DNA of 64,000 nucleotides from Bacteroidia bacterium (GTDB lineage Bacteria; Bacteroidota; Bacteroidia; M30B66), in assembly GCA_965279035.1 (NCBI GenBank), contig OZ257142.1, forward strand, positions 2,976,001-3,040,000, in the 5' to 3' direction. The translations under genes were made by a program, and so were the position numbers. Each line of letters starts with the position of its first letter. Positions within the stretch are counted from its first letter, which is position 1. Below, piece after piece: positions 1 through 8,655 of this stretch. Below the pieces are notes generated by a model. The model saw nothing but the letters and a program-made list of their open reading frames with translations. It ran no database searches and had not been told where the DNA came from.

Positions 1-307
1 TTATTCCATTTATCAGATTGTCATATATCTCAACGCGTTGAGACCAAGTCGTTCGTATTGGATTTCTCTTCTTCTTAACCTTATATCCGTACCTAAAACC
101 AATCCGCTCAAAAGCATCCCTACCTATTGGATGGCGTTGTGGATCCATAAAATAGATCTTTCTACAACCCATTTGGCGATGATTATGACGCACTTTTGAT
201 ATGTAACGAACGATACTTTCTTCCACCTTTAATTGGTCGCGACTTCGTCTTTCACTCTTCCAAAGTGCTTGCTTACTAAGGCCTGCCACTTCTAACAGAC
301 TCTTCAT
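1..307 (-). CDS. IS3-family transposase OrfB, N-terminal part (partial)
   Basis: Manual translation from ATG 307 gives MKSLLEVAGLSKQALWK...RHNHRQMGCRKIY...IGRDAFERIG...RTTWS...YDNLI, open to the edge. ATGA overlap with the orfA stop. Confidence 0.85.
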   Translation of the reverse strand, partial: MKSLLEVAGLSKQALWKSERRSRDQLKVEESIVRYISKVRHNHRQMGCRKIYFMDPQRHPIGRDAFERIGFRYGYKVKKKRNPIRTTWSQRVEIYDNLINGI

Positions 308-726
308 TTTGTACCCGTGCTTTTGTCCTTTTGTGGATCGGAACCAGAGTAAGGCTGGTTTAATAAATTTTTTTTTAAATCAGTTTGGAACTCCTCATTT
401 GCTAACTCAATGACCTTGCTCAATAAATCAAGTTCCATCTGTTTTCGGCCCAATGCGGCTTCCAATTCACGGATGCGCTGCTCAAGCTCTTTGCTTTTGT
501 ATGATTCGCTTTGCACTTCCACTACTAAGATTTTTCCTCTCTTCAAATATCGACTATATTGATAAATCCATCGATAAACTGAAGTTATTGTTACTCCTAG
601 TTCCTGGGCTACTTTAGATACTGAAGCCACTCCGGATTCAATATCCTTAACTGTTTGACGCTTTAATTCTTCACTAAAAACTCTTCGTGGCCGAATTACT
701 TCTTTGCGATTTAAATGCTTTTTCAT
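304..726 (-). CDS. IS3-family transposase OrfA (HTH)
   Basis: RRVFSEELKRQTVKDIESG..SVSKVAQELGV..SVYRW HTH, followed by coiled-coil ELEQRIRELEAALGRKQME. Confidence 0.9.
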   Translation of the reverse strand: MKKHLNRKEVIRPRRVFSEELKRQTVKDIESGVASVSKVAQELGVTITSVYRWIYQYSRYLKRGKILVVEVQSESYKSKELEQRIRELEAALGRKQMELDLLSKVIELANEEFQTDLKKNLLNQPYSGSDPQKDKSTGTK

Positions 727-822
727 GTCCCGTTTTTTAAGTTGATTTTGGTCAACCTATTTCAGTCACGGACAAGTGGAAATTAAAAAAGTAGAGAATG
801 AGGAATAGGATTGATAATAAAA

Positions 823-846
823 GTCAACCTATTTTAGGCAAGGACA
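823..846 (+). repeat. Second IS3-like terminal repeat, direct copy of 751..774
   Basis: gtcaacctattttaggcaaggaca vs gtcaacctatttcagtcacggaca, 21/24 identical; both are followed by agt. Confidence 0.75.
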
Positions 847-1314
847 AGTATTTAAGAATATACAATTGCCTTATTAGATTTACTTAAACAACAAATAGTA
901 TTGAAGGACAATCTACTATTAAAGCTGCATAAAAGGATTTATATAACATCCTTTACGATATTGATTTATGGGGATTGAAATAAAATCAATTACATTAATC
1001 CAGCATCGATTCTTCGTAAAGACAAATCGAGTTGTTCTAAAAATTGACGAAGCCGTTCACTAATAGGTTTTGATACACTAATCGTCTTATTCCCTGCTGA
1101 TTGATTGGAATAATTTTGATTATTCGATTGAGCGAATACAGAATGCAGTTCTGGATTTGAATTCCCTGAGCTTATCATATACAAAGTTCTTAGCGTATCC
1201 GTGTTGCATCTTGAGTTCGAAACGTCGATTTGGTTTAATTCGTATGTCGTAAAGAAAAATCTCGAAAAAAAGCCAACATTTACTCGATTTGATTCATTGG
1301 GCTGAAATTATACT

Positions 1315-1908
1315 ATGTGGCATTTATACCTTCTTGTTTTTCTTATTGCATTTTTATTTGATGTAGTTCCATTGCCATTGCCCCCTGCTTTTACAGCCAT
1401 GATATTTTTACAGATTTATTTTAAGCTGGATGTTTGGACGGTCATTTATTTTGGTGTTGCTGGTTCTGTATTAGGCAGATATATTCTCACTTTATACATT
1501 CCTCGTGTTGCTGGTACTTTATTTAATCCAGCTAAAAATGCTGATGTTCAATACCTTGGTAAAAAGTTAAAAGAAAAAAGTTGGAAAGGACATTTGGTCA
1601 TTTTCACGTATTCGCTTTTACCCTTACCAACAACACCTTTATTTATTGCAGGTGGAATGGCGAAAATGAAACCTTATCTCATTTTACCTGGATTTATTAT
1701 TGGGAAATTTATCAGTGATTCGATAAGTGTTTTTGCTGGAAAATATACTGCCGATAATTTACCTGAAATTTTTAGTGGAATTATTTCCTGGAAATCAATA
1801 ACATCAATCGTTGTTGGAATATTGCTCTTGTTTTCATTGCTTTTTATAAATTGGCGTGAGTTATTTCAGTCTAAAAAATTCAAACTCAATTTTAATATTT
1901 GGAAATAA
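1315..1908 (+). CDS. Membrane protein, DedA/VTT-like
   Basis: 197 aa, several TM segments, with PLPLPP, GSVLG and YSLLPLPTTPLFIAGG re-entrant-like motifs. Confidence 0.6.
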   Translation: MWHLYLLVFLIAFLFDVVPLPLPPAFTAMIFLQIYFKLDVWTVIYFGVAGSVLGRYILTLYIPRVAGTLFNPAKNADVQYLGKKLKEKSWKGHLVIFTYSLLPLPTTPLFIAGGMAKMKPYLILPGFIIGKFISDSISVFAGKYTADNLPEIFSGIISWKSITSIVVGILLLFSLLFINWRELFQSKKFKLNFNIWK

Positions 1909-2326
1909 ACTACTTCTTCGATAAACAAGTTATTAGTAAGGCGGGTTGGCATCATCCTAAGACAACCTATCGTTAACCAAAAGCAATATTAATTTTAAAT
2001 AAATAGGCAGCCTTTCCTGCAAAAAAGTTTCAATCTCCCTTCCACTTCACTAATGACGATAATTTCCAACATTATAATTTTCCTTTCAGTAATGTTATCA
2101 AGGTAAGCCGTATAGTTAAGCACAAGGAGTGAAAAATTCTACGTAGATAAATTTCACTCGACAATTAAACATTCAGAAAACAAAATACCCCACTTTTCAG
2201 CGGTGTGTTTCCACGTTTCATCACATTTATAAACATCAATATTTAATCAATAAGTTGTTCAAAATAATTTTGACTAAATCTTAATATACTTACAATCAAC
2301 ACCATAAATATATTTTCAATACCTAA

Positions 2327-2359
2327 TTTGCAAATACATAATATTCTTATGTATGTTTG
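2327..2359 (+). promoter_or_regulatory. Bacteroidota housekeeping promoter overlapped by a probable PadR operator
   Basis: TTTG (2327-2330), 21-bp spacer, TATGTTTG (2352-2359). Perfect inverted repeat ATACATAA-TATTC-TTATGTAT at 2334-2354. Confidence 0.7.
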
Positions 2360-2363
2360 TGTT

Positions 2364-2708
2364 ATGTATTCATCAGAGCTAATAAAAGGAACTTTAAAAA
2401 CGATAGTTCTAAAGTTGTTATCCGAAACAAAACATATGTACGGATATGAGATTACCCAAAAAGTAAAAGAGTTAACTGATTCTAAAATTGTTATAACAGA
2501 AGGTGCACTTTACCCTTTGCTTCATCAGCTGGAAGCTGAAGGAACAGTAACAACAGAAACGGTTAACATTGGAAAACGCGTAAGGAAATACTATACACTC
2601 ACTCAAACCGGAAATGAGCGGGCTAAAGAAAAGCTTTATGAATTTGCCGATTTCATTAACACAATGAATATTTTACTTGATCTCAAGCCAAGCGTAAAGT
2701 ATGTTTAG
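2364..2708 (+). CDS. PadR-family transcriptional regulator
   Basis: KGTLKTIVLKLL..MYGYEI..EGALYPLLHQLEAEG..RKYYTLT. ATG 2364 preferred over the ORF-track TTG 2328, which lies inside the promoter. Confidence 0.93.
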   Translation: MYSSELIKGTLKTIVLKLLSETKHMYGYEITQKVKELTDSKIVITEGALYPLLHQLEAEGTVTTETVNIGKRVRKYYTLTQTGNERAKEKLYEFADFINTMNILLDLKPSVKYV

Positions 2709-3954
2709 TTTAAACGATCAGCAAATCGCCTTTATTGAAAACGATATTAGAGTCAGGGGGATAACTTCTCCTGACTTAAATATCGATCTGTTGGATCATA
2801 TCTGTTGCTTAATTGAAAACAATCTGGATGAATGCAGGAACTTCGAAACGGTATATCAAGAAACTCTTTTGCTTTTTGGCGAAAAAGGATTGAAAGAAAT
2901 ACAAGAAGAAACAAATCGACTACTCACATTTAAACACTATTATATCATGAACTCAACAATGAAAATTAGTGGATACGCTTCATCATTGATGATATTATCT
3001 GGAGCATTTTTTAAATATAAACACTGGCCTGGAGATGACGCTTTAATGCAATTGGGAGTATTTATTCTTGCTGTACTTTTTTTACCATTGCTCTTTATTT
3101 TAAAATTTAAATCGAGTGCAGAAAATAACAGAAGTATTGTTTTAAGTATGATTGCCGGTGTTGCATCAGGTCTACTTTGTTTTGGTGTATTATTTAAAAT
3201 TATGCATTGGCCTTATGCAGAAATGTTGACTGTTTCTGGCTGTTTACTTCTAATCTTGGGTTACCTACCGATTTATTTTATTAGTATTTATAAAAACACA
3301 ACCAACAAAATAAATGCAACGGCAACGGTAATTATAATTATAGCTGGAGTGGGATTGTTTGTAGCTCAATCCAACTCCGGAATGTCAAGACCAGTATCAG
3401 ATAGTTTTTGGAGAGGGGTAACAGAAAGTGATCAGCTTTTATCTTTTATCAAAAAAGAGAATCAAACTTTTTATGAAAATGTAGATAAGAAAATTGTAAT
3501 TGAAGATTCTCCAAAATCAATGAATTCTATTCATCTTTTAAAATCAAAAACTGACGAGTTGGTTGATTATATTGATGAAATGAAAATAAAGGTAATTTCC
3601 GCTTCAGAACAAATCTCGGAAGAAGATGCCAGAAAAATTAAATTGGATGACTTGCGCTCATCAAGTGGAGAAGAAATTATTCATTCAATTTTGTTTGACA
3701 ATACTAATTCAAAGTATAGTGCTGTTGAATTGAAAAATAAAATTGAAAATTATAAGCAATTTGTTAATGCAAATTCGAGTTCAATTGATTTATCCATTTT
3801 AAAAACAGGAATGTTGAATATGAATGATGAACAAGTTTCCTGGGAACAATCCAATTTCGATCAGTTGCCAACAGCATTAGTTGTGTTTAATCTTATTCGA
3901 ATAGAGTTAGCTATAAAGAATATAGAGAGTGCGGTTTTAAGTCAATTAATTTAA
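2701..3954 (+). CDS. Membrane protein with PadR-partner N-terminus, two GldL-like TM hairpins and a GldM-N-like helical domain
   Basis: DLLDHICCLIE N-terminus; GAFFKYKHWPG and GVLFKIMHWPY; C-terminal KTDELVDYIDEMK...LKNKIENYK...SWEQSNFDQLP..VVFNLIRIELAIKNIE. Overlaps the padR stop. Confidence 0.65.
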   Translation: MFSLNDQQIAFIENDIRVRGITSPDLNIDLLDHICCLIENNLDECRNFETVYQETLLLFGEKGLKEIQEETNRLLTFKHYYIMNSTMKISGYASSLMILSGAFFKYKHWPGDDALMQLGVFILAVLFLPLLFILKFKSSAENNRSIVLSMIAGVASGLLCFGVLFKIMHWPYAEMLTVSGCLLLILGYLPIYFISIYKNTTNKINATATVIIIIAGVGLFVAQSNSGMSRPVSDSFWRGVTESDQLLSFIKKENQTFYENVDKKIVIEDSPKSMNSIHLLKSKTDELVDYIDEMKIKVISASEQISEEDARKIKLDDLRSSSGEEIIHSILFDNTNSKYSAVELKNKIENYKQFVNANSSSIDLSILKTGMLNMNDEQVSWEQSNFDQLPTALVVFNLIRIELAIKNIESAVLSQLI

Positions 3955-4038
3955 AAATACCCTTCGGAAATACTCACTATAACAATTAGATAACAAGTTA
4001 CAGCATAAAATTCCCTTCTTTAAAACAAAACCTTCACA

Positions 4039-5850
4039 ATGAAAACCTCTCTTTTGTTAACTATCATTTTGCTATTTAGCTCGGTTGTTTTTTCCCAAAC
4101 AAATTATTCTTCCGAAACACTCGAAAAAATAAAAGAGGTCGAAAACAATATTACAGGAAGAATTATCCTTAATGATGACCAACCAAGCACGATTATAGAG
4201 CGGATGGCTAAATACAATTTAAAAGGCATGAGTATCGCGGTTATCCAAGATTACAAAATTGTTTGGGCAAAAGGTTATGGCTGGGCCGATGAGGAACAGA
4301 AAATACCTGTAACAACCGAAACCTTATTTGAACCAGGATCAATAAGTAAATCATTGAACGCTCTTGGCATTTTAAAATTAGCACAAGAAAAAAAAATTGA
4401 TCTTAATACTGACATTAATACCTATTTAACTTCCTGGAAATTCCCATACGATTCACTTTCAAAAGAAAAAAAAATAACATTAGCTCAGATACTTAGCCAT
4501 ACTGCAGGGTTATCAGTGCATGGTTTCCCTGGTCATGATATCAACGGACCAATTCCAACGGTGTTTGATGTTTTAGACGGAACAAAACCCGCTGTTACAC
4601 CTGCTGTCCGAAGTATGTTTGAACCCGGTTTAAGGTTTGAGTATTCAGGAGGAGGCACTACTATTTCGCAATTACTGCTTATGGATGTTACGAAGCAAGC
4701 ATATGCTACCTGGATGTATGAAAATGTTTTAAAACCAATCGGTATGGAAAATAGTTCTTTTGCACAGCCTCCTGCAAAAGATAAGCAATTGTTGTGCGCC
4801 TCGGGTTTCTATTCCGATGGCTCTCCTGTCTCAAACAAATTTCATGTTTACCCAGAGCAGGCAGCAGCAGGTTTGTGGATGACGCCAAGCGATCTATGTA
4901 ATTATATTATTGACATGCAATTGGCTTATCAGGGCAAACCATCTAAAGTATTGACACCTGAAATGGTAAAACTGCATTTAACAACTTATAATGACGGACC
5001 TACATCACTTGGTTCCTTTATTGAGGACCACAATGGAGCTAAATATTTTGAGCACGGAGCTGCCAATGATGGTTTTTGTGGAGACTTTTATGGCAGTTTA
5101 GAAGGCGGCTATGGTGTAGTTGTATTTTTAAATAAGGAAGATCAAAAAATTTTACCCGAAGTAATAAATAGTGTTGCGAAAGCATACAACTGGAAAAATT
5201 TTTATCACGAGCCAATAAGGAAAAAAAGCATCGAGCTTGACGATAAAACACTTAAGTCTTATGAAGGTATTTATTTATTTGATGATGGAACATGGGAAGC
5301 TATTACTAAAAGAGATGGCGAATATTATTACTATCTATCCCATACATATCTAAAAATGTATTATAGTGCTCCCACTGTTTTTTTTACTGAATTTTTCTCA
5401 GTTGCAAGAGAATTTTTAAAAGATGAAAAAGGAAACATACTTGGTTATACTAGCAATGTAGATGGTAATACAAATCCAAAAGCCACAAAGATTAGAAGTA
5501 CGGACACGTTAATGGGTTCAGTTGAATTTTTAAACGACATTGGGTGGTATTTGTTAGAAAATAAACAATACGATGTGGCATTGGAGTATATTAAACGTGG
5601 TTTACAGCTATACCCTAAGAACTTGCTTTTGGAAGGAAATCTTGCACATTGTTATTTATTTAAAAACGAATATGACAAGGCCATAGAAATTTACAAAAGA
5701 AATTTAACGCAAACTATTGAACCTTCTTTTTCGTGGGAGAATATGATAGAACAGGATTTTGAATTTTTTAAAGCAAACAAGTTCCCAACAGATCAGATGG
5801 ATAAAGTAAGTAGCGAATTAAAAATTAAAAAAACTATATCAAGCGAATAA
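4039..5850 (+). CDS. Serine hydrolase (beta-lactamase/AmpC-like superfamily) with C-terminal TPR
   Basis: Signal peptide, SISK (SxxK), LSHTAG, FEYSGGG, HGA; TPR-like LNDIGWYLLENKQYDVALEYIKRGLQLYP. Confidence 0.88.
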   Translation: MKTSLLLTIILLFSSVVFSQTNYSSETLEKIKEVENNITGRIILNDDQPSTIIERMAKYNLKGMSIAVIQDYKIVWAKGYGWADEEQKIPVTTETLFEPGSISKSLNALGILKLAQEKKIDLNTDINTYLTSWKFPYDSLSKEKKITLAQILSHTAGLSVHGFPGHDINGPIPTVFDVLDGTKPAVTPAVRSMFEPGLRFEYSGGGTTISQLLLMDVTKQAYATWMYENVLKPIGMENSSFAQPPAKDKQLLCASGFYSDGSPVSNKFHVYPEQAAAGLWMTPSDLCNYIIDMQLAYQGKPSKVLTPEMVKLHLTTYNDGPTSLGSFIEDHNGAKYFEHGAANDGFCGDFYGSLEGGYGVVVFLNKEDQKILPEVINSVAKAYNWKNFYHEPIRKKSIELDDKTLKSYEGIYLFDDGTWEAITKRDGEYYYYLSHTYLKMYYSAPTVFFTEFFSVAREFLKDEKGNILGYTSNVDGNTNPKATKIRSTDTLMGSVEFLNDIGWYLLENKQYDVALEYIKRGLQLYPKNLLLEGNLAHCYLFKNEYDKAIEIYKRNLTQTIEPSFSWENMIEQDFEFFKANKFPTDQMDKVSSELKIKKTISSE

Positions 5851-5931
5851 AGAAAGAGAAAAGAAATAGTGTAAGCTTCATAAAACGGGAAAGGCTGCAT
5901 AACCTTACTCGAATTGAATTAAAATAAATAT

Positions 5932-5956
5932 CCCGTTTTGCCGAACGGGTTTTTTA
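5932..5956 (+). terminator. Intrinsic terminator
   Basis: cccgtt-ttgccg-aacggg followed by a T run, downstream of the serine hydrolase. Confidence 0.6.
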
Positions 5957-6464
5957 TTGTGAAAATTTATATGTAATGCAAAAAAATCATACTGCAAGGA
6001 CAGCTAAATTTTTCATAGCCAACTATGGAGCTTTGACTTGCCATCTTCTTCCTTGCATGTGTATGCGTAGTGTGAAAAGAGAAAGTTTCCCTTCACTCCT
6101 GTAAAAATTAAAACTGAGACCGCTCATGTCAAGACAACAAAGCAAAAAAAGAACATTTCGGAAAAGGTAACTATACTTCTCTGTAGACACATTAACGAAA
6201 GTAATAATACATCCGCCCAACTTATAACAGCACACACCATCAAAGCCAAGCATTTCGGGAGTTTGAGGTATTCGTTTTACTTGTTATTTTCGTCTAATCT
6301 AAAGCATTCCATTCACCTCATTTGGCTATTATAGTGTGGAATGACAGCATCTAATAAATTCCTATTATTTTTAATTGATTAGGTCCATTTGGTGAATTAG
6401 GAAAAATCAAACATTCTGGATTTTAGTACTGTTCATCCATTTCTACTTTAATCTTATTTGAATC

Positions 6465-7556
6465 CTATTCTACTGTTTCCCACCAAGAAGAATATGTCTT
6501 AAGTTCTTTTAATACACTCAATTCACCAATCATCGGATGAATAATAGGCATATTGAATTTTTTACTTTCAGCAAGTACACGTTTGATCGGTTCATCCCAC
6601 GCATGCATCGATAAACTGAATTTAGCCCAATGAACAGGAAGCAGCACTTCGGCTTTAAGATCGATTGCCGCAAGAACCACTTCTTCGGGCATCATGTGAA
6701 TATGACTCCAGTTTTTATTGTACTGCCCACATTCGAGTATGGCCAAATCGAATGGTCCATATTGTTCTCCTATTTCTTTAAAATGTGAATCATATCCACT
6801 ATCACCGCCAAGAAAAAGTGAGAAGCTAGGTGTTTTCAAAACATAGGAAGTCCATAAGCTGGATTGGCGCCGAATTCCTCTTCCAGAAAAATGCCGCGAA
6901 GGTGTGTAGAATATGTCAAAACCAGATTCAAGGGTATGCGATTGATGCCAATTTTTTTCCAAAATGATTTCCTTAGAAAATCCCCAATGTTCGAGGTGAG
7001 CACCAACACCGAGAGGACAAATCACTTTATTTACGCGTGGTAGAAGTGCTTTTACAGTTTTATAATCTAAATGATCCCAGTGATCGTGGGTAATGATTAG
7101 ATAATCGATATCCGGAATATCGGAAACCTGAAAGGCATCGCTTCCTTTGAAACTTCGCGTTGTAGAAGCAATGGGAGATGCTGTTCCATTGAGTACTGGA
7201 TCGATTAAAAATTTCTTCCCATCTACTTGAAGAAAATAGGAAGAATGTCCAAACCAAACGAGACAATTTTCATTGGGCGAAATTGATTTTAAATTGGTTT
7301 TGATTGTAGGAATTGGAGATGAAGGAACGCTACGTTTGTCTTTGTTTAAAAGGAAATCGCGCATAACCGAAAACACAGTTGCTCCATTCGTAAAATCGGG
7401 AGTTGGACTGCTATTTTGAAACTTTTTCTTCTGATAATTAGGAGATTGTTCTATTATATTTAATCGATCGCCTTGTGGATGTTTCCCAAAACGTTTGGTT
7501 TGAAGAAATGCATAAATGCCAATACAAAAAAGAATCGGTATTAGGAGATAGAACAT
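6465..7556 (-). CDS. MBL-fold metallo-hydrolase (RomA/NAPE-PLD-like)
   Basis: WFGHSS, LIDPV, THDHWDHLD, PSRHFSGR, GGDSGY, ECGQY, PVHWAKF. Confidence 0.9.
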   Translation of the reverse strand: MFYLLIPILFCIGIYAFLQTKRFGKHPQGDRLNIIEQSPNYQKKKFQNSSPTPDFTNGATVFSVMRDFLLNKDKRSVPSSPIPTIKTNLKSISPNENCLVWFGHSSYFLQVDGKKFLIDPVLNGTASPIASTTRSFKGSDAFQVSDIPDIDYLIITHDHWDHLDYKTVKALLPRVNKVICPLGVGAHLEHWGFSKEIILEKNWHQSHTLESGFDIFYTPSRHFSGRGIRRQSSLWTSYVLKTPSFSLFLGGDSGYDSHFKEIGEQYGPFDLAILECGQYNKNWSHIHMMPEEVVLAAIDLKAEVLLPVHWAKFSLSMHAWDEPIKRVLAESKKFNMPIIHPMIGELSVLKELKTYSSWWETVE

Positions 7557-7611
7557 TGAATATAATGTCTGTTAAAATGAGTGAATTAAAACAGTCATCA
7601 GTAAAAGAAGT

Positions 7612-8013
7612 TTAGCTTTTGGGTTGAAATAAATTTAAAGAAATAATTTCTTCCATGATTGGAATATCGGCTTCGGACCAATCGAGTTTTCTTAATTCAT
7701 TTTCATCACACCAACAATAGTGATCATGTTCCTGTAGTTTCAAATTGCCATGAATTATTTTTACTAAAAAAGGGATGAGTTGTATATGCATTGTTTCATA
7801 TCGATGCTCTACTGTTTTTAAAGATTGAATAATTTCAATATCGAGATTCAATTCTTCTTTTATTTCTCGTTGAATACACTGTTCTGCTGATTCTCCTAAT
7901 TCAATTTTACCACCTGGGAATTCCCATTTACCGGGCATGTTCATGTGAGCTGATCGGCGCACAGCAAAAACTTTATTTTCACATACTATAATGGCGCAAC
8001 AAACTCGAATCAT
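7612..8013 (-). CDS. NUDIX (deoxy)nucleoside triphosphate pyrophosphohydrolase (MutT/NudG-like)
   Basis: Nudix box WEFPGGKIELGESAEQCIQREIKEELN; C-terminal LDWSEAD. Confidence 0.92.
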   Translation of the reverse strand: MIRVCCAIIVCENKVFAVRRSAHMNMPGKWEFPGGKIELGESAEQCIQREIKEELNLDIEIIQSLKTVEHRYETMHIQLIPFLVKIIHGNLKLQEHDHYCWCDENELRKLDWSEADIPIMEEIISLNLFQPKS

Positions 8014-8115
8014 GGAATGATTTATAGGCTAAAAATAATATTTAGTGTTAATTTAAAAGGTTCTTGAACTATTTTAAATATTTATAAAAACGATTTAACG
8101 CAATACTTCCAAATA

Positions 8116-8550
8116 TTAAAGGAATGATTCATTGAACACTATGGAATGTTGATTTACAAATTGTTTAGTCCAAGATTTAATTTGATTTCTTACTGAACGA
8201 AATGATTGCATGATTTCATTTTCAGTTCCTAAAGCCTTTGCTGGATCGGGAAAATTTTGATGAATTCGAATGGCTTTGCCGGAAAAATAAGGACAGTTTT
8301 CATTGGCATTATCGCATACAGTAATGATATAATTGAATTCAATTCCTAAATATTCATCCAAAACAGTGGAGGTATGATTTGAAATATCAATACCGTCTTC
8401 TTTCATAACAGCAATTGCACGTTGATTCAGTCCATGCGCTTCGATTCCAGCTGAATAGATTTGAGCTTTATTTCCCAAGAAATGTCGAAAATATCCTTCG
8501 GCCATTTGGGATCGACAGGAGTTTCCAGTGCAGAGAATGAGGATGTTCAT
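8116..8550 (-). CDS. arsC: Arsenate reductase (thioredoxin-dependent, LMW-PTP fold)
   Basis: CTGNSCRSQMAEG, ITVCD..ENCP, FPDPA; last gene of the ars operon. Confidence 0.93.
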   Translation of the reverse strand: MNILILCTGNSCRSQMAEGYFRHFLGNKAQIYSAGIEAHGLNQRAIAVMKEDGIDISNHTSTVLDEYLGIEFNYIITVCDNANENCPYFSGKAIRIHQNFPDPAKALGTENEIMQSFRSVRNQIKSWTKQFVNQHSIVFNESFL

Positions 8551-8552
8551 TT

Positions 8553-8610
8553 AATTACGGATTTTCAATTACGAATTGGCAATTACGAATTACGAATGAT
8601 CAATTACGAA
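8553..8610. repeat. AATTACG heptamer-phased tandem repeat
   Basis: AATTACG at 8553, 8567, 8581, 8588 and 8602; all spacings are multiples of 7. Confidence 0.85.
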
Positions 8611-8655
8611 ATGGGAATTGAGGTACGTGCATTTGAAATGACTTGGCTGAAGTGT

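Larger units (their letters stand above)
1..774 (-). mobile_element. IS3-family insertion sequence, left part; runs off the window edge
   Basis: OrfA (HTH) and OrfB overlap in the -1 frame. Terminal 5'-TGTCCGTGACTGAAATAGGTTGAC at 774..751 begins with TG, as IS3 ends do. An A9 run (minus strand, 376..368) lies near the end of orfA. Confidence 0.85.

Noticed and set aside
990-1184. 64-aa minus-strand ORF
   Set aside because: TTG start, no recognisable motif; cannot be supported as a gene, though not excluded.
2040-2160. 17-codon ORF MTIISNIIIFLSVMLSR plus GAGTGAAA/TTTCACTC hairpin as an attenuator
   Set aside because: padR has its own promoter downstream, the hairpin lacks a U-tail, and there is no biosynthetic operon to regulate.
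5960-6460. 76-aa ORF 6023-6253 or eroded attC-like repeats (ttataacagcac...)
   Set aside because: The ORF has no protein-like signature; the repeat resemblance is short, and no matching inverse core or integrase is visible.
4039-7556. Bona fide beta-lactam resistance genes (serine hydrolase and MBL-fold protein)
   Set aside because: Motifs match broad superfamilies (YSG and HGA instead of AmpC YxN/KTG; RomA/NAPE-PLD-like MBL); resistance cannot be inferred.
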